A stretch of DNA of 63,936 bases, counting the filler, from Ministeria vibrans ATCC 50519 (taxonomy: Eukaryota > Protista > Filasterea), in assembly GCA_943704425.1 (NCBI GenBank). It is 5 parts of 5 records of this genome, joined end to end, with 100 filler letters (N's around TTAATTAATTAA, not from the genome) between each part and the next. Parts side by side here need not be neighbours in the genome. Positions count along the whole stretch, not along the records: positions 20,248 to 38,901 come from CALSCP010000952.1; positions 39,002 to 59,644 come from CALSCP010000807.1; positions 59,745 to 61,711 come from CALSCP010001395.1; 2 more parts are not named here. One strand, 5' to 3'. The position numbers and the translations under genes are program-made. Each line of letters starts with the position of its first letter. The first letter of the stretch is position 1. Shown here piece by piece: positions 36,301 to 59,759 of the stretch. Below the pieces are notes generated by a model, which saw only the letters and a program-made list of their open reading frames with translations, had not been told where the DNA came from and did not search any database.

Positions 36301-38901
36301 ACAGTGTGCTCTCGCCGGGCGCAAACAGCTCCGTCACGTTGACCGATGCAACAGAATTGCCCGGCACAGTCAACACCGCATCGCGCGTCAACGGTGGCTC
36401 AGGCAGGCCAGTGATGGTGATCGTCACAGTCGCCGGCGCAGGTGTGCACAATCCAAGGTTGTCACATACATTGTACGTGAATGAGTCAACGCCAAAAACA
36501 TCGGCAAACGGAGTGTAGGTAAACACACACGACGAACTGTTGAGCGACAGAGTTCCCATAGACACGCCGCTCACCAGCGCGCACGAGGTCTCGTCAAGAC
36601 CGCCCTCACCATCAGTGTCGTTAAAGAGGACGTGAATGGGAGTCGCAGGCGCATCTTCAGGAACAGTGACAAAGTCATCAGCCGCCACAGGAGGCGAGTT
36701 GATCTGGATCTTCGACACGGCCACACTCGGGATGCTCGCGCTCACTCCATTCGTCGGTGCACTCGTCCACTCTACTGCAGACAACATGTCCACAATCTCT
36801 CCCGCCACCGCGTCCGCGTTCACACGCATCTCCACGGTGATCAGTCCAACAGACGTCGATGCTCCTGTGGCGCTTCCAGCCGCAATGCCTGCTCCAAGTG
36901 CAATCACGCTCCACGTTCCATTTACACGCGCTCCCTCAGAGCCCTTCATTCCAACGCCCACCGCGTTCACGCTTGCCGCCGACACAACAGTCGCATCGTC
37001 AAATGCATTGTTCGACGACGACGGGAACCACGACGAGAACCCCCCGTCGTACACTGCAACCAGGTCAAACTCATCCGGCACCGCAAACAACCAGTCCGCC
37101 AAGAAAGCGGTACTCTCAGAGGTCATCTCGTGGTGCACAACAAACGTGACGTTAAACACATCATTCACATTGAGCACATTTACAGTGTCACCCTCGACCA
37201 CCGTGTCCAAACCCAAGACAGGAGTCACCAACGTCATGGCGGCACCGTCCACAGCACCGGTTGTACCACCGTTGAATGTCGTCTGCAGCCCATCGTGAAC
37301 GTTCGTTACTGAGGTCGGTGTCGGGCTCGTCACAAGAGCAGTATACTCAATGATGATTTCACCCAGGCTTCCCGCAGTGTTAGTCACGGTGCCCAGGTCA
37401 ATCTCAAACGACACTCCGTCAACACCGACCATGATACTTCCAGCAGACGTAAGAGCCGACAACGAGCCACCATTGGAGCTCGTCACACCAGCGTCAAAAG
37501 TCACGCTGGTCAAAGTCCGCTGAGTCAATGCAGTTCCCGCAGAACCCGCCAATAGGGTGCTCACTTGGGCGAGCACTGTATCTTCCGTCGACGTCGCAGG
37601 CACATACACGGTCGCGCGCAACGTAACCACTTCACCCACAGCAATTTCACTGCCGGGTGTTTCAGCGAGAGAGGACGTCACAAGCAAGCCAGCAATCGAA
37701 AGGCCTGCGTTGGCGCAGACAACTCCGTTGAACCCAGCCTGACAGACACACGTGAAGGCGTCTAACGCGTCGACACACGTTGCACCATTAAGACAGGGCG
37801 ACGAACTACATTCATCAATGTCACTTTCGCACAGGGGGCCGGTAAAGCCTTGCACGCATGTACACAAAAACATGTGCGACCCGTCCACACAGGTGGCGCT
37901 ATTTTGGCAAGGCGAAGAGCCACACTCGTCCGTGCTGATGCGAATCTTAGACACTGTGTCGCTGGAAGCAGTTGACAACACGCCGTTCGTTGGCGCGGTA
38001 GACCATTCAAGAGCCGACGTCATATTAACAAGCGTGCCGGCAACAGCGTTCGAATTGACCCGCATCTCTACAGTCACAAGACCAACAAAGGTCGTCACGC
38101 CAGTGGGACTTCCAAGAACAACACCCGACCCCAGGTCGAGAATGGGCCAACTACCAGACACCGCTGCACCCATCGCGCCACTCATGCCCACATTCACAGG
38201 CTTCAGCGTCGCTGCAGCCACAATAGTCGCGTCGTCGAATGCGTTGCCACTCGATGATGGGAACCATGACTCAAACGTCCCATCGTACACTGCCACCAAA
38301 TCAAACTGGTCGGGAAGCGCAAACGACCAGTCCACCACGTATGCTGCGCTCTCTGACGTGGGCTCGTGATGAATCACATACGTCACAAAGAAGCTCTCGC
38401 CAACGTCAAGCTCGTTTACCGAACCCCCTTCGACAACCGTCTCAATGCCAAGAACGGGTGCGATAATTGTCATCTCAGTGCCAGCGACAACACCAGTCGT
38501 GCCAGAGTTCCAATTCACACGAGCCCCATCGTTGATCGTCGTCAACGTCGACGGAGTTGGTGTCTTCACGAGTGCGCTGTACTCCACGGTGATGTACCCT
38601 ACCGATCCACCCGAATTGGAAACTTCCCCAAGGTCAATGCTGAACGATGACCCATCGCCCGCCACTGTCACCGCGCCATTCGACACAAGTTCACCCAACG
38701 AGTCTCCATTGGCGCTCGTCACACCACCACCAAACGACACACTGCTCAGCGTACGTCCGGTCAGGCCACTCCCGGCACTACCGACAAGCGCAGAGTCAAC
38801 TTCCAAAAGAACATCCGAGAGAGACGCGCCAGCCGGAACAGCAACTTGAACACTGAGTGTAACCACCTCGCCAACGGACACAAACAGGCCTGGCGTCTCT
38901 G
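33305..38901 (-). CDS. Multipass membrane protein of the fungal TRP-like (FLC/Pkd2, PF06011-type) family with large ectodomain (two duplicated ~310-aa beta units, 2 EGF, Big_9/tandem-95-like repeats); 5'-truncated
   Basis: Single open exon of more than 5.5 kb. TM region motifs FDFMQAMTATGLLNAPLPDFYANYTACFSW and YRLYKYERRWFY..RKILLGIIIG..QIV..LFVRPF. PVAADD.VTVPED...VLFNDTD marks the Ig-like repeat. Confidence 0.8.
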
Positions 38902-39001
38902 NNNNNNNNNNNNNNNNNNNNNNNNNNNNNNNNNNNNNNNNNNNNTTAATTAATTAANNNNNNNNNNNNNNNNNNNNNNNNNNNNNNNNNNNNNNNNNNN
39001 N
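38902..39001. other. Artificial contig linker
   Basis: N-TTAATTAATTAA-N, 100 bp. Confidence 0.97.
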
Positions 39002-39109
<108 letters not shown>

Positions 39110-39137
39110 AATTAATTATGTAAATGAGACAACATAC

Positions 39138-42100
39138 CGCTTCCCATGGTATCAGTACATACGGAGGAACCGACTCCGTTGCATGATTCTGTCGCAAGAT
39201 TGTATCCAGCATGAAAATAAGACGAGCCCATGACGGTCCTTTCGTGATGTCCTTGGTCGACCGTCATCAGAGTGCGCACCTTGGCGTTGCTGTACGTGGC
39301 TGTGCTAAGCCCGCCCGGCGGATCGTACACCACCATCAGCGGATAGTAGTCAGGCAGCTGCACGGACAAGAGTTCACTGAGTGGTCGCGCACCTGTCACA
39401 ATCACGCGAGACACTTGAAAGTTGGCACCCACAACGGTGGTCCAGCCGGGCACTTCGTAGCTCACCACGAGTCGACGAGAGTAGGGATGCGCCGCGTCCA
39501 CCAGTCCCGGCGACACCTCCGGTAGACCAGCTTCAAACTCACGACGCAACTCGGCCGTGCCGTCAAGACTAGACTTGTCAAACGAAAGGTCACATCCCCC
39601 AAGACAATGATCCTGCTCCTTGTCCGTCAGCTCGTTCAGCAGGAACACCGATCCACCGAGAAGACCGCACGTGCTGTCTCCAAAATCTTCTTTCACGTGC
39701 ACCGTCACATTAAACGCTTTGTTCGCCAGCATGGTCACGGGCGCAATGCCATCGAGACGCGTCGCAGCGCAGTCAGTGTACTCTTTGACACTGCTGCCAG
39801 CATACTCGATGCTGATAGTGGGTCGCGGGTGAAAGCGGAAGAGAGCACTGCCAGGTGAGGTGGTCAGATCAAAGAAGCTGAGGCGCTGATTCGTTCGATC
39901 AAGATAGGGTGCAACCTCCGGTCGTTCGTAAATTTCCATCATGCGCAACTCAAAGGCGTGCGCTGGAAGTTCCAGAGACTCGGTGGAGTCCGACATGTGG
40001 ATGGTTGACTGCAAGAGTGGACACGACGGGCGGGTCAGCAGCAGACGAGCCGTGCCCAAGACACGGTCGCACAGGCCACCGCCCACAGTCACATTCAGTG
40101 ATCGCTTGGTCACATCGTCAAAGTCGATCAGCATATCTGCCGTTCCCAGATCGTAGTAAGGGGTGATCGGAGGAGACAAATCATCTAACAGAGAAGAGAG
40201 GTTCGGATCACCAGGCACCCCGGTGCCAGTTGGAGAGTCAGATGTCGCAGTCGCTTCAAACGTATGATTGTTGTATGACAACTCAATGTACACACGCTGT
40301 TCAATAGGCAAGTGCAGCGTGTACAGACCCTCCGCGTCAGACACGTCGCAGAAGAAGCCTTCACGAGTACCATAGAAGCTCCGTCCACACACTTTCACGC
40401 CTGCAATAGGACACCGCTTGGGTGTGGCTACCAGCGGTGGAATGGCTTTTTTGAAGCACTGGCGTTGGGGATCGACTGTAGCAAACGCCGAACTGCACCC
40501 CGAAATCTGCTCGGCGTTGCCACTGGCGGCGTACGTTGCGGAGAAGGCCGTCTCACGATGGATCACACACGACGACGTCTCAAACTTCCACGTCCATGCA
40601 TTGCAATTGGCCTGGTGAAACTCACACTCCCGAGCACACGCAAGCGCCGTGTTGTTTACCAGGGTCACCACAGTCGGCGACGACTCGGTTGTATCCCACT
40701 GCGTGTTGTCAAGGAACGTGCGAATGTCACAGCCGGCGCCAGTGAATCCAATGGCACACACGGGAGTGGCCCAGCACTTGGCTTGCGCTGCCGCGCGCTG
40801 GCTGCACCCACCTGTTGCGTCTGTGCGGTGCACGAGACGCGTAAAACTTCCAGTAAATAAGCTGCACTCGGCGGTCGCGTTCGCAAAGGACCACGCGGCA
40901 CAGCTGGTGCGACGGTCGCACTCTTGCAAGCAGTCGCGCACACTTGACGACTGAAGCGTTGTCGCCGCCGGCGCCGTGCCAACGTACGACACAGTTGCGT
41001 TGGCGTGCACAGGTGCTGGTGCGGGCGCATCAGCCACACACCATGGTCGATTTGCACCACCATTTTGAGTCGCAAACACGGGAGAACAGCCGGAGACGGT
41101 GTCCTCGTGAATAAACTTGTGAAATGCCGTCGAGTTCTTCTGCACTTCCGTGAACAGTGTGCAATATTGAGTCGCCGAACGATAGGCCCAAGCAACACAA
41201 GTGGTCTGATCAGAGCACGAACGAATGCAAGTGTCTTTGTCAGCCACCGCCGTGCCCGTGTGTCCGTCAACATACCATTCTGTCTCATTGCGTGCCAGGT
41301 TTGCGCCACACAAACCGCCAAACTTGCCGGGGGCGCAACTCGCCCAACAAGCGGTCGAGTTGATGCGCTGGCTACATCCAGCTGAGGACGACGACACCAC
41401 TGCCGTCTGCTCGAGCAGCAGCACACTCGCATATTGCTTGCATGTCGCGCTCTCGTGCGCCCACGCCATGCACGCACTGTTCCTGTCGCAGAGAGTCGCA
41501 CACGCAACGGCACTGCTCACAGTGCTTGTGCCACCACCAAGTAGCGTACCCAACACGCGTGATTGCGCCTTGGGTGACACGGTGGTGGAGGCTGATGGAC
41601 GCGAAAGGCAAACGCTGCCATGTGTATCGTAGCCGGCGCGACTACAGCCGCTCCACGAGCTTGTTCGCAAAAAGAAGGTCCTTCGCAGCGCAGCAAACGT
41701 CCCGTGCAGATAACACACACCGCTGGCAAATGTCCACGAAGGACATGCCGATCCCATGATATCGCATGCCCACACACATTCTTCCCATGTGTTAGCACCG
41801 CTGGCTGTGGTCGCGAAGGAGACATCGGCCGCTTCCGTGTTGGCCAGGGCGAGTCGCTGATCACAGAGCACTCCGCCAAATCCTGGCGCACACAAACTGC
41901 ACGCATCGGCATAGGCGGCCCAGCCAGTGCGAGTGCATTCCGAAATGGCACCAATGCTTGCGGTGGGCAGCGATGCACGCAGGGAAGTACCGTTCACGTG
42001 CAGCTCACATTGATTCGTCGAATTACACAGTGGACAAAAGGTCCAGGCAAGACACTCTCCCAGACTAGCACAGGTGGAACGACACGCAGCCGCCGTCTTG

Positions 42101-45100
42101 GACGGCGACCAGAGTGAGTTGGATGAGACAAAGACTGTGTTCTGAGACGACACAGTCACTGTGCATGCCGTACCAGACGCATCGCGAGTCTTGCCCAGAG
42201 GACAGGGGGGTCGCAGAGTGCAGTCGGTCACATGAGTCGAGGCAAATGTCTTCGAACAGGCAGACACGCCACCCGTGTGGTAGGAGACGCCGCCTGCCGA
42301 CACTGTCCAATGGTCGCTCAAGTGCAGACGACACGGCAGCCCACCCAGATCACTGGCCCAACTCCAGGCGGTACAGGTAGACATGCTCTCGCACTGCAGC
42401 AAACATGCGTGCGCCGAGATGGCAGTCACATGCGACGCACCCGTCTTTGTGAACAGGGTGTTTACATATTCAAAACGTTCGTCGCACAACAATCCGGTGT
42501 ATCCGGGAGCACAACCACGTTGGCGGCACATGGGCTCGTTGGCTTGGCGCGACGCACAGCCCGACACGGACGTCGCATGGTACACAATACCGCCGACCTC
42601 GGTGAACTGGTCGGTGCCAAGCTGAAGCAGACAGGTAAGGGGATCGCTGTTGCTCAGGGTGGGCGGTGTGTATGACCAGGCGGTGCACTCGATGGTCTCA
42701 TCGCACTCGAGACTACAGGCATTCGGCGAGGTTGCTTTTGCATAGACGGAACGCGCTCCGTTGTACAGAGTGTTAGAAAGAAGTAGTTGCTGGCACTGGG
42801 TGGCCGAGCCACCCTCCACAGAACAGGCCGCACGCACGCCGTTGCCCGCGTGGCGCGAGTAGGATGTAGGAAGCACGTTGTAGAGCAAGCACACACCATT
42901 ATCATGGACCCACGACATGTAGCGACCGACGGTGTCACACAGAAGTGCACAGGCACCCGCCGAGACATAAGACTGATCCAAGCTGCTCAGAAACACATCG
43001 TCGATCCACATGGCCTGTGTGACACCCGAGAGAGTCGAGTCATACGGCTGGATTTCCAACGAGCGCACAAGTCCCGACGAGGCGACAGAGCCTGCTGTCG
43101 AGAGCGCCCGGTACATGTCGAGACAAGTGACATGCCATGTGTCGTCGGCAAGCTGCTCAAAGTTGGGCCAGCGTGCCACAAGCGTGTCGGTGGACGACTG
43201 TTTTGCGGCGACGTCGGCCGTCGTCGACAGTTCAATAAAAAACCGTGTACCAGGCTGGTCGTTGGATTCGAGAATGATACGACCGGGTCGCGTGCCCGCC
43301 TTCATACGTACTGACAGACACAGGAACTCCTTGGATGCAAAGTCAAGCACATGGGCACCAGTAAACGTTTTCAAGGCGGCACTCGTGCGGGTGACACGCA
43401 GGGAAGCATCACCCGAATAGGCCGAGCTTGACACGTCCAAAGTGGCAACCGTGGTACCCGATGGGGCGCCCAAAGGCATTGTCCAGTCGGCCATGCCCGT
43501 GGCACTGTTGAACCGATCCACGTAAGTGTACTCGGACGAACTTTGCGACTGAGGCACGACACTCAGCGGGTGTGTGCCTGTGGTATAGGTAACAGTGACG
43601 TTGCCGTAGACGGGAGGTGCGGCAAGACGCACAGTGGACATGCACCATTCAAGGTTGGCGGCAGAGGCAGCGGCAAATGTGAGGCTGCACGAAAAGGTCG
43701 CATCCGACTGTGCACGACGGACGGTGCAGTTGAAGAGCGATGGAGCGTACAGTTCACACAGACGCGAGACATGGCTGAAAGACCAGGCATAACATGACGT
43801 GGAGCGCTCACACAACGCTGCACACGTCTCAATGTCTTCCATCGTGTCCAGTGCCAGCACTTCGGGTGTACCGCATGTCGACGAGGCACTCGTCAGTGTC
43901 GCATGCGACTGGCGCAGACTCGTGCCACAGTTGCGACCGACAAATCCTGGAGCGCACGCTTGCACACACACAGGCGCATTGTTTGCCTTCGGCGTGCAGC
44001 CTGCATAAAGACTGCTAGAGAGCTGGACAGGGGCCGTTTGGAATACGTGTACTTGCGAGAAGATGGTGCACTCCTGTGTCGCGTTATTGTACTGCCATGC
44101 AATGGCCTCCGAGTCACCCGTCGCCAGCGTCACACAGTTGGCAAGGGTACGTCGCTTGAGTGACGAGTAGATTGTGCCAAGGGGAATAGCACCAGCCAGT
44201 TCGGGGGGTGTCGTGGTGTCGCGACGGCGCAAGTCATGAAAGTTGAGGTACTCGTGGCGCGTCAGTGCTCGCGGTCGAGGCTCACTGCGCACCACAACAG
44301 CACGAGGAATACGCTCACGAGCTGCCACAGCCGCGTACATGCTATCGTCGTGGCCCGGATCGGCCACGACCACTGCTGCGGCGGAGGAGGTGTTCTCGAT
44401 GGCGTCGCGACGGCGCGACGAGCCCGCACTAGAGTCTTCGATGGGAAAGCCAACCACACCGCGCACACTCATGACGGACACATCAATGAACGTGCTCTCT
44501 TCATCAAAGTCGAAATGAGTAAACGTGAGCTTTTTCTCAGTGCAGGGTACTCCGGCGCACTCAAACTCATGAGCAAGAGTGCCTGAAAAGATTTATAAGA
44601 AAATTATATTAATATAATATTTTACTGGTACTATTATTGAGTCAATTCTTACCTTGTTGCTTGGACACGGACACGACAATCTCAACAGAGTTGTCGGGAA
44701 ATGATGTGGACATGGGATGCACGACGAACTTTCCCGCGGCATTGGTGACACCCGTGCCTGCGAGAGAGGCATCATTGACAGCGTGCCAGCGGACAACCAC
44801 GTCCTTGACGGGGAAGAATCCTGTGTTAGCGCCGTGCGTCACCTTGACTGTAATCTTGGACTCGAATGCAACTGTGGCGGACTTGCACACCGAGTTGGAG
44901 TGATAGCCGGGTCCTGAGGCAAGCGGCACAAACAAGCCTGTCTCGACAGGGTAGCCCGAGGGACTCACAGCCTACGAAAAGGAGCGACAGAAATGTACCC
45001 GTCAGTGCACAGTTATATATCTTTAGTCTTCTTCTTCTTTGGCAAACCTGAATGCAGTAGGTGTGGACAGTGCCCACGGCAAGGCCACTCTCTTCAATGT

Positions 45101-47037
45101 TGTCGCGCAGTTCAAGTTCAGGCGAATGTTCCTCCTGACATCGTGACTCAACAATGTAGGTGGGCGAAAACGATCGAGGCTGAGCAATATGCGTCTGTTC
45201 AACCAAGAGTGCTCCCTCGTAGCGCAACACATGAAAGCCAGCCTCGCACCAACTCTTGTCCGTCCAAGCAAAGATCATGTGACCGCTGTCTTGGCGCACA
45301 GCAAAGTCTTGCGGCGTACCAGTTGGATCGGTGGTGGTAGCGGCCGCATTACAATCGGAGACATCGGCACAAGGTGCCACAGTGAGTGCGGCACCGTCCC
45401 GAATACACTAAAAAGGAAGAACAAAAAGCATAATAATTATAAGAATAATAATAACAATAATAATAGTATTATTTAATTATTATTATCGTAAGACGTGATA
45501 AGCGAGAAAAATAAATGCGGCTGAGCGTACCTGAGCCGGACAGTGGAAAGGGGTGTTGACCTGATTGGAGCGCACTGTCGTCTGAGAGATAATCAGTGAA
45601 TCGATATGGAACACGGCGGTATCGTCACCGGCAGTGAAGGAGATCATTTGAACGGGACCAAGTGCCGACACACCCTTGACTCTTCGCGGCTCAATACACC
45701 CAAATTGCCAGTTTTGACTAAGGTCGAAGCCCGGATAATTGATGGTGTAGGTGACACTGGCGGGTGCAACCGAGTCGGTGTCAAAAAGACGCACCATGGT
45801 TTGCACTGAGGCGCCACCGGTCGTCGAGTAACCGTGGTGGAGGAACAGGTTGACGCGGGTGCCAGCAGTGACTGTCTTTATGGCAAAACAGAGGTATGGA
45901 TGCGTTTCAATGTTCCAGCTAAGACTGGAGGGACGGAGGATGCCAGAATGGGTGATGGCAAGGTACCCATTCGAGTTGAATCCACTGCTTGAGCTGGTGA
46001 GGACGGAGACGGTGCCGCCGCCCAGGCCGGCGCTGTTGCCGTGGGAGCTTGAGGTAAATTTGAAGTTGACCAAGTCGGTGCGACGCTCGCACAGTTGTTG
46101 ACAAATAGGCTGGTCATGTGAGGCCAGGAGTGGTCCGTTGGCAAAGACAAGGTCGTCGAGATAAAGCAGGTGGTTGGCAGGCGCACTGGCGGTGGTGACA
46201 AAACGCAGTTTGGTGGCAACGAGTGTCGTAGACGACGAGTGATACTGTCGCAGTTGGTCGTAGAAGTTTATGCAGCCATGGTGCCACTCACCGTCCAGAG
46301 TAAGATCTCCAAAAATCACTAGGTAGGCCTGTGGCACGAGCTGGGGCGCAAGCGTGAATGCAACATTGGCAGTTTTGGAAGTGCCACTGGCCGTGTACGA
46401 GAGCTCGGCACGCCACAAATTACTTGTGGTGCGGTAGGCGAGACACAGGTAACGGTTAGTATTGATGCTGACAGAGAATGTTGACGAATAGGCACCAGAA
46501 GAGACCAGAATCGAGCTCGAACCAGTGTAAGGAGTCACCTACGGAAAAAAAAATTAAAAGAATGTCGACAAGTACAAATTTCCCAAACAAATGTGCGCTT
46601 TTCGTGCTGCTGCATACCGCAGTTGAAGTTGAGCCCATGCCTTCGGCCTTGCTAGTAATTTCCGTGCTTAAGATGGCACTGAGACTGGGACGCACACATG
46701 GACCGGTGGCGCCTTCTTCGAAGGTGAATGAGGGAACGTGGTAGTTGCGGTACATGCCGGTGTAGCCATCGTCGCTGATGCAATCCACGCTCTTGCGCAT
46801 GTCGCAGTTACAAGTACTGGTAACAGTGAAGGGCACAGACTGGTCGGCCTTGCCGGCGGCAGTCCATTCCGTGTGAACAAGGTAGCGACTGCCCGGCTGG
46901 GAACCGAGATGGACTACTTCGGTCGATGTGAGCTCCGTCTTGATGGCCTCGGGTGCTTCACCTGCGTCCATTGGGAGTGGCGTGGTGACAAGCTTGGCGT
47001 CGGTCACTGTGAGAAGGAACGAACGAGCAAATGTGAA

Positions 47038-47130
<93 letters not shown>

Positions 47131-48717
47131 TGCTAAGCGGGAAAAAACTGTAGGTCTTACTAGTGGTGGAGTAGGCGAGCGCAATGGAGTAGCCAAAGAT
47201 TTGCGTTGTGGCGCCCTTGTAAAAGGTTAGAATGCCACACGAGTGGGACGCGTCCTCAGAGTAGCGAGAGTAGCCGGTGGGGCAAAGACACTGATCGGCG
47301 CGAGAGACGCCGGTAAAAGCATACCATTTGCAGAAGACACAGGGACCAGAGCCGTCCACTTTGTAGTAGTCGGCGGCACAAACGCACTCGTAGCGGTTGA
47401 TTTTGTCGTGGCACGCGTTTCCAATTGGGCAAGGCGACGACGCACACTCGTCAATCTCCGACTCGCAGTTGATACCGGTGTAGCCGGCTTTGCAGTTGCA
47501 TCTGTAGTTGTCGACAAGATCAACACACACAGCATTGTTCTGGCAGGGGTTCGGCGAACAGTCGTTGATGTTGGTTTCGCAATGGTCGCCGTCGAATCCG
47601 TCATCACAGATGCATTTATAGGAGTATTTGCTAAGAGTAAGAAAGGTGGGTTCGCGGTCAATACAAAAGACAGACAGGTACACTGACAGACGAGGCACCG
47701 TTGAAAAGTTTCTTACCCTGTCACAGTTACCTCGGAATTCACATAAAATCTGGGCCGAGTAAATTTGAGTGCCGACGAGGGTTTTTGGGCATACATGGTA
47801 GCAGTTCCCAAATTCTCTACAGAGAAACCACCCGAAACACAAAAATAAATTACAATTACAAAATCGCCCTTCATCAAGATGCTTTACCATCACAAGAGCT
47901 GTCGCACTGCAGAGAAGGAGGGGAGAAAGAACAAAAGTGATAGATTGAGACATGACAACAAAGGCATCGCTCTGGATTGGTTTCACACCTGGTATCCAGT
48001 CACTTGGACGCGTAAAAAGAGGCCGTTGCACCAAGTAGCGTACTCTGATGACGCGCCAACATCAATGGCTGAAAACGACAACGCAGCATCTGATGACCAG
48101 TTCGGCCAGTTGGTGTCTTCGATTTCTCTCGCCCACTTGCAACTGCTTATGCCCGAAGGGGTGTAAGACACACACTGCCAGAGAGAGAGGACGGTTAAAC
48201 AAAGGTTAAACAACGGAATGTGGGTGAATCCCAGAGTTCTCCCAGAGAGCGAAACGACGTACCACTTTAGGCCGCAAGTCTTCCCTTTCATGGTACCAGT
48301 CATCGATCCAACTGTTCTTCAGCTGCACTTTGACGTTGTCCATCTGGCACACCCACGAGCACTACAGAGTCAGACCAACAAGGAGTCAGCAAATTGCACA
48401 TCTCGGTGAACATCCCTTGGGGTTCTCTCTTGATCTCGTACCGTTGCTCCGTTCAAACACGGATTTCCGGCACAAGGTGTGGTCGCTGATACAGGGGAGA
48501 ACACGAGCAAGGCCATGCCAACAATGGCAGCCATAGGGGAGCCGAGAGAGACGCATCCGACGATGAGAGCGTTTTCTGTCGTGCACCAACGCAGTCGTTC
48601 GTTCAGCAGTGTGTCGCTCAAGAAAGACTCAACCTTACCGGCAACGTTGGGGTGGTAGAGAGTCAGAAGACTCGCAAGCACAAAGGCTGCGGGAATGCCG
48701 ACGGATTCGAGGCGCAT
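39138..48717 (-). CDS. Giant secreted/surface mosaic protein: signal peptide, EGFs, FN3-like, 3 jelly-roll/CBM-like domains, 11 PAN/apple modules, carboxypeptidase-regulatory-like sandwiches; 3'-truncated
   Basis: Signal peptide MRLESVGIPAAFVLASLLTL. Exons lie within ORFs 47983, 46958, 46456, 45483, 44826, 44642 and 39112-44481, separated by GT-AG introns. CxxxCxxxxxCxAW repeats 11 times; VYDPPGG motif near the end. Confidence 0.8.
47040..47128. repeat. (TG)n intronic microsatellite
   Basis: Directly visible. Confidence 0.95.
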
Positions 48718-49940
48718 AGAGGCAAGTTGTTTTCCTTTTCAAACTGCAGTGGGACAGACAGATATTAGCTACAACGGATGCTGCGGCTGCAAAGATGCCC
48801 ATGGCCAGGCGATGCTATGGTAGGCGGTAGCACTGGTGAGAAAAGCGAAAGACATTATGACGTGGGCAGAAAAAAATGGGAGCTCGGAGAGACGGGAGAG
48901 TAGATTGGAGAACTTTGCTTCCGGCCGAGAGGGGTGAAGCGTGAAAATGAACAGTAACTATTCGACAAGTCACGCCTCAGTGATGATACACGCGACTAGA
49001 GCGCTCAGTTGTGTTAAGTATTACATAGAGATTACAGGCCACTCAGCAGCGTGTCGGCTGCGTGTAGGTCGCCGTTGGGGCGCCTTTATTTTTTTTTTTT
49101 TTGCTAACAAAGATCGCTCAATTCTCAAATATGCAAAGATACATACGGAACGACAATTATGACGTCGCAATCATAAACTAATGTGCTGGAACCAACGGTA
49201 GATGAGAAACCGATACGAAGGAAATGACTCCTTCGTGCGCGTTCTGGTAAATTTTGGGGCGTTTTCAGAGAAAAAGAGGAAAAACAAAAAAAAAAAGAAG
49301 GAACCCCTCTCTTCCCAAGCAAGCAAATGTAATCAGCAACAGGGGCTAGGACAGCATTTGTACTAGACCCCACTTGCCCACACCATGTTCAGACACGTCG
49401 TGACTCACCGCTATTCAACACGACGCGAGATTCGTATAAACCAAACACGACGGCAAAAGGACGCTTAGAAAATAAAGTGACCACCACGTGGGTGTCAATT
49501 CCGTGTTGATCTTTAATAAACGATAGATCTCACAAATCTTGACTCTTTCGACGTGTTAGTGACGGAGGGACCTTTCTTGCCGTCTTCATATCAAGGAGCT
49601 CAACCTCACAGCCACACAGCCACAGAGACAGAAGAGGTTCGCGTTCTTTCGACGTTCTTTTTTTTTCCTTTTTTTTCTCTTCTTTTTGTTGTTTGGAGAG
49701 TAAATAACCGAACGCATCGCGCCACGCCTCGGCCTCTGCGCGATCTCACTAATGCAATGACGGACATTGCCGTCACGCAAAGAGCGAGCTGCGTCACGCG
49801 CGTATTAAATTTGTATTCGTCTTGAAAAAAAACGAAAAAAAATCGCGACTCCATCGACTTCCTTTCCCGCTTGTCGAAACCTTGAACTGGCACTAATTTC
49901 GTGGAACATTACTCTTCTTCTCCCCAGAGCCGTACTTACA

Positions 49941-59644
<9,704 letters not shown>

Positions 59645-59744
59645 NNNNNNNNNNNNNNNNNNNNNNNNNNNNNNNNNNNNNNNNNNNNTTAATTAATTAA
59701 NNNNNNNNNNNNNNNNNNNNNNNNNNNNNNNNNNNNNNNNNNNN
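59645..59744. other. Artificial contig linker
   Basis: N-TTAATTAATTAA-N, 100 bp. Confidence 0.97.
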
Positions 59745-59759
59745 TTTTTTTTTGCACAG

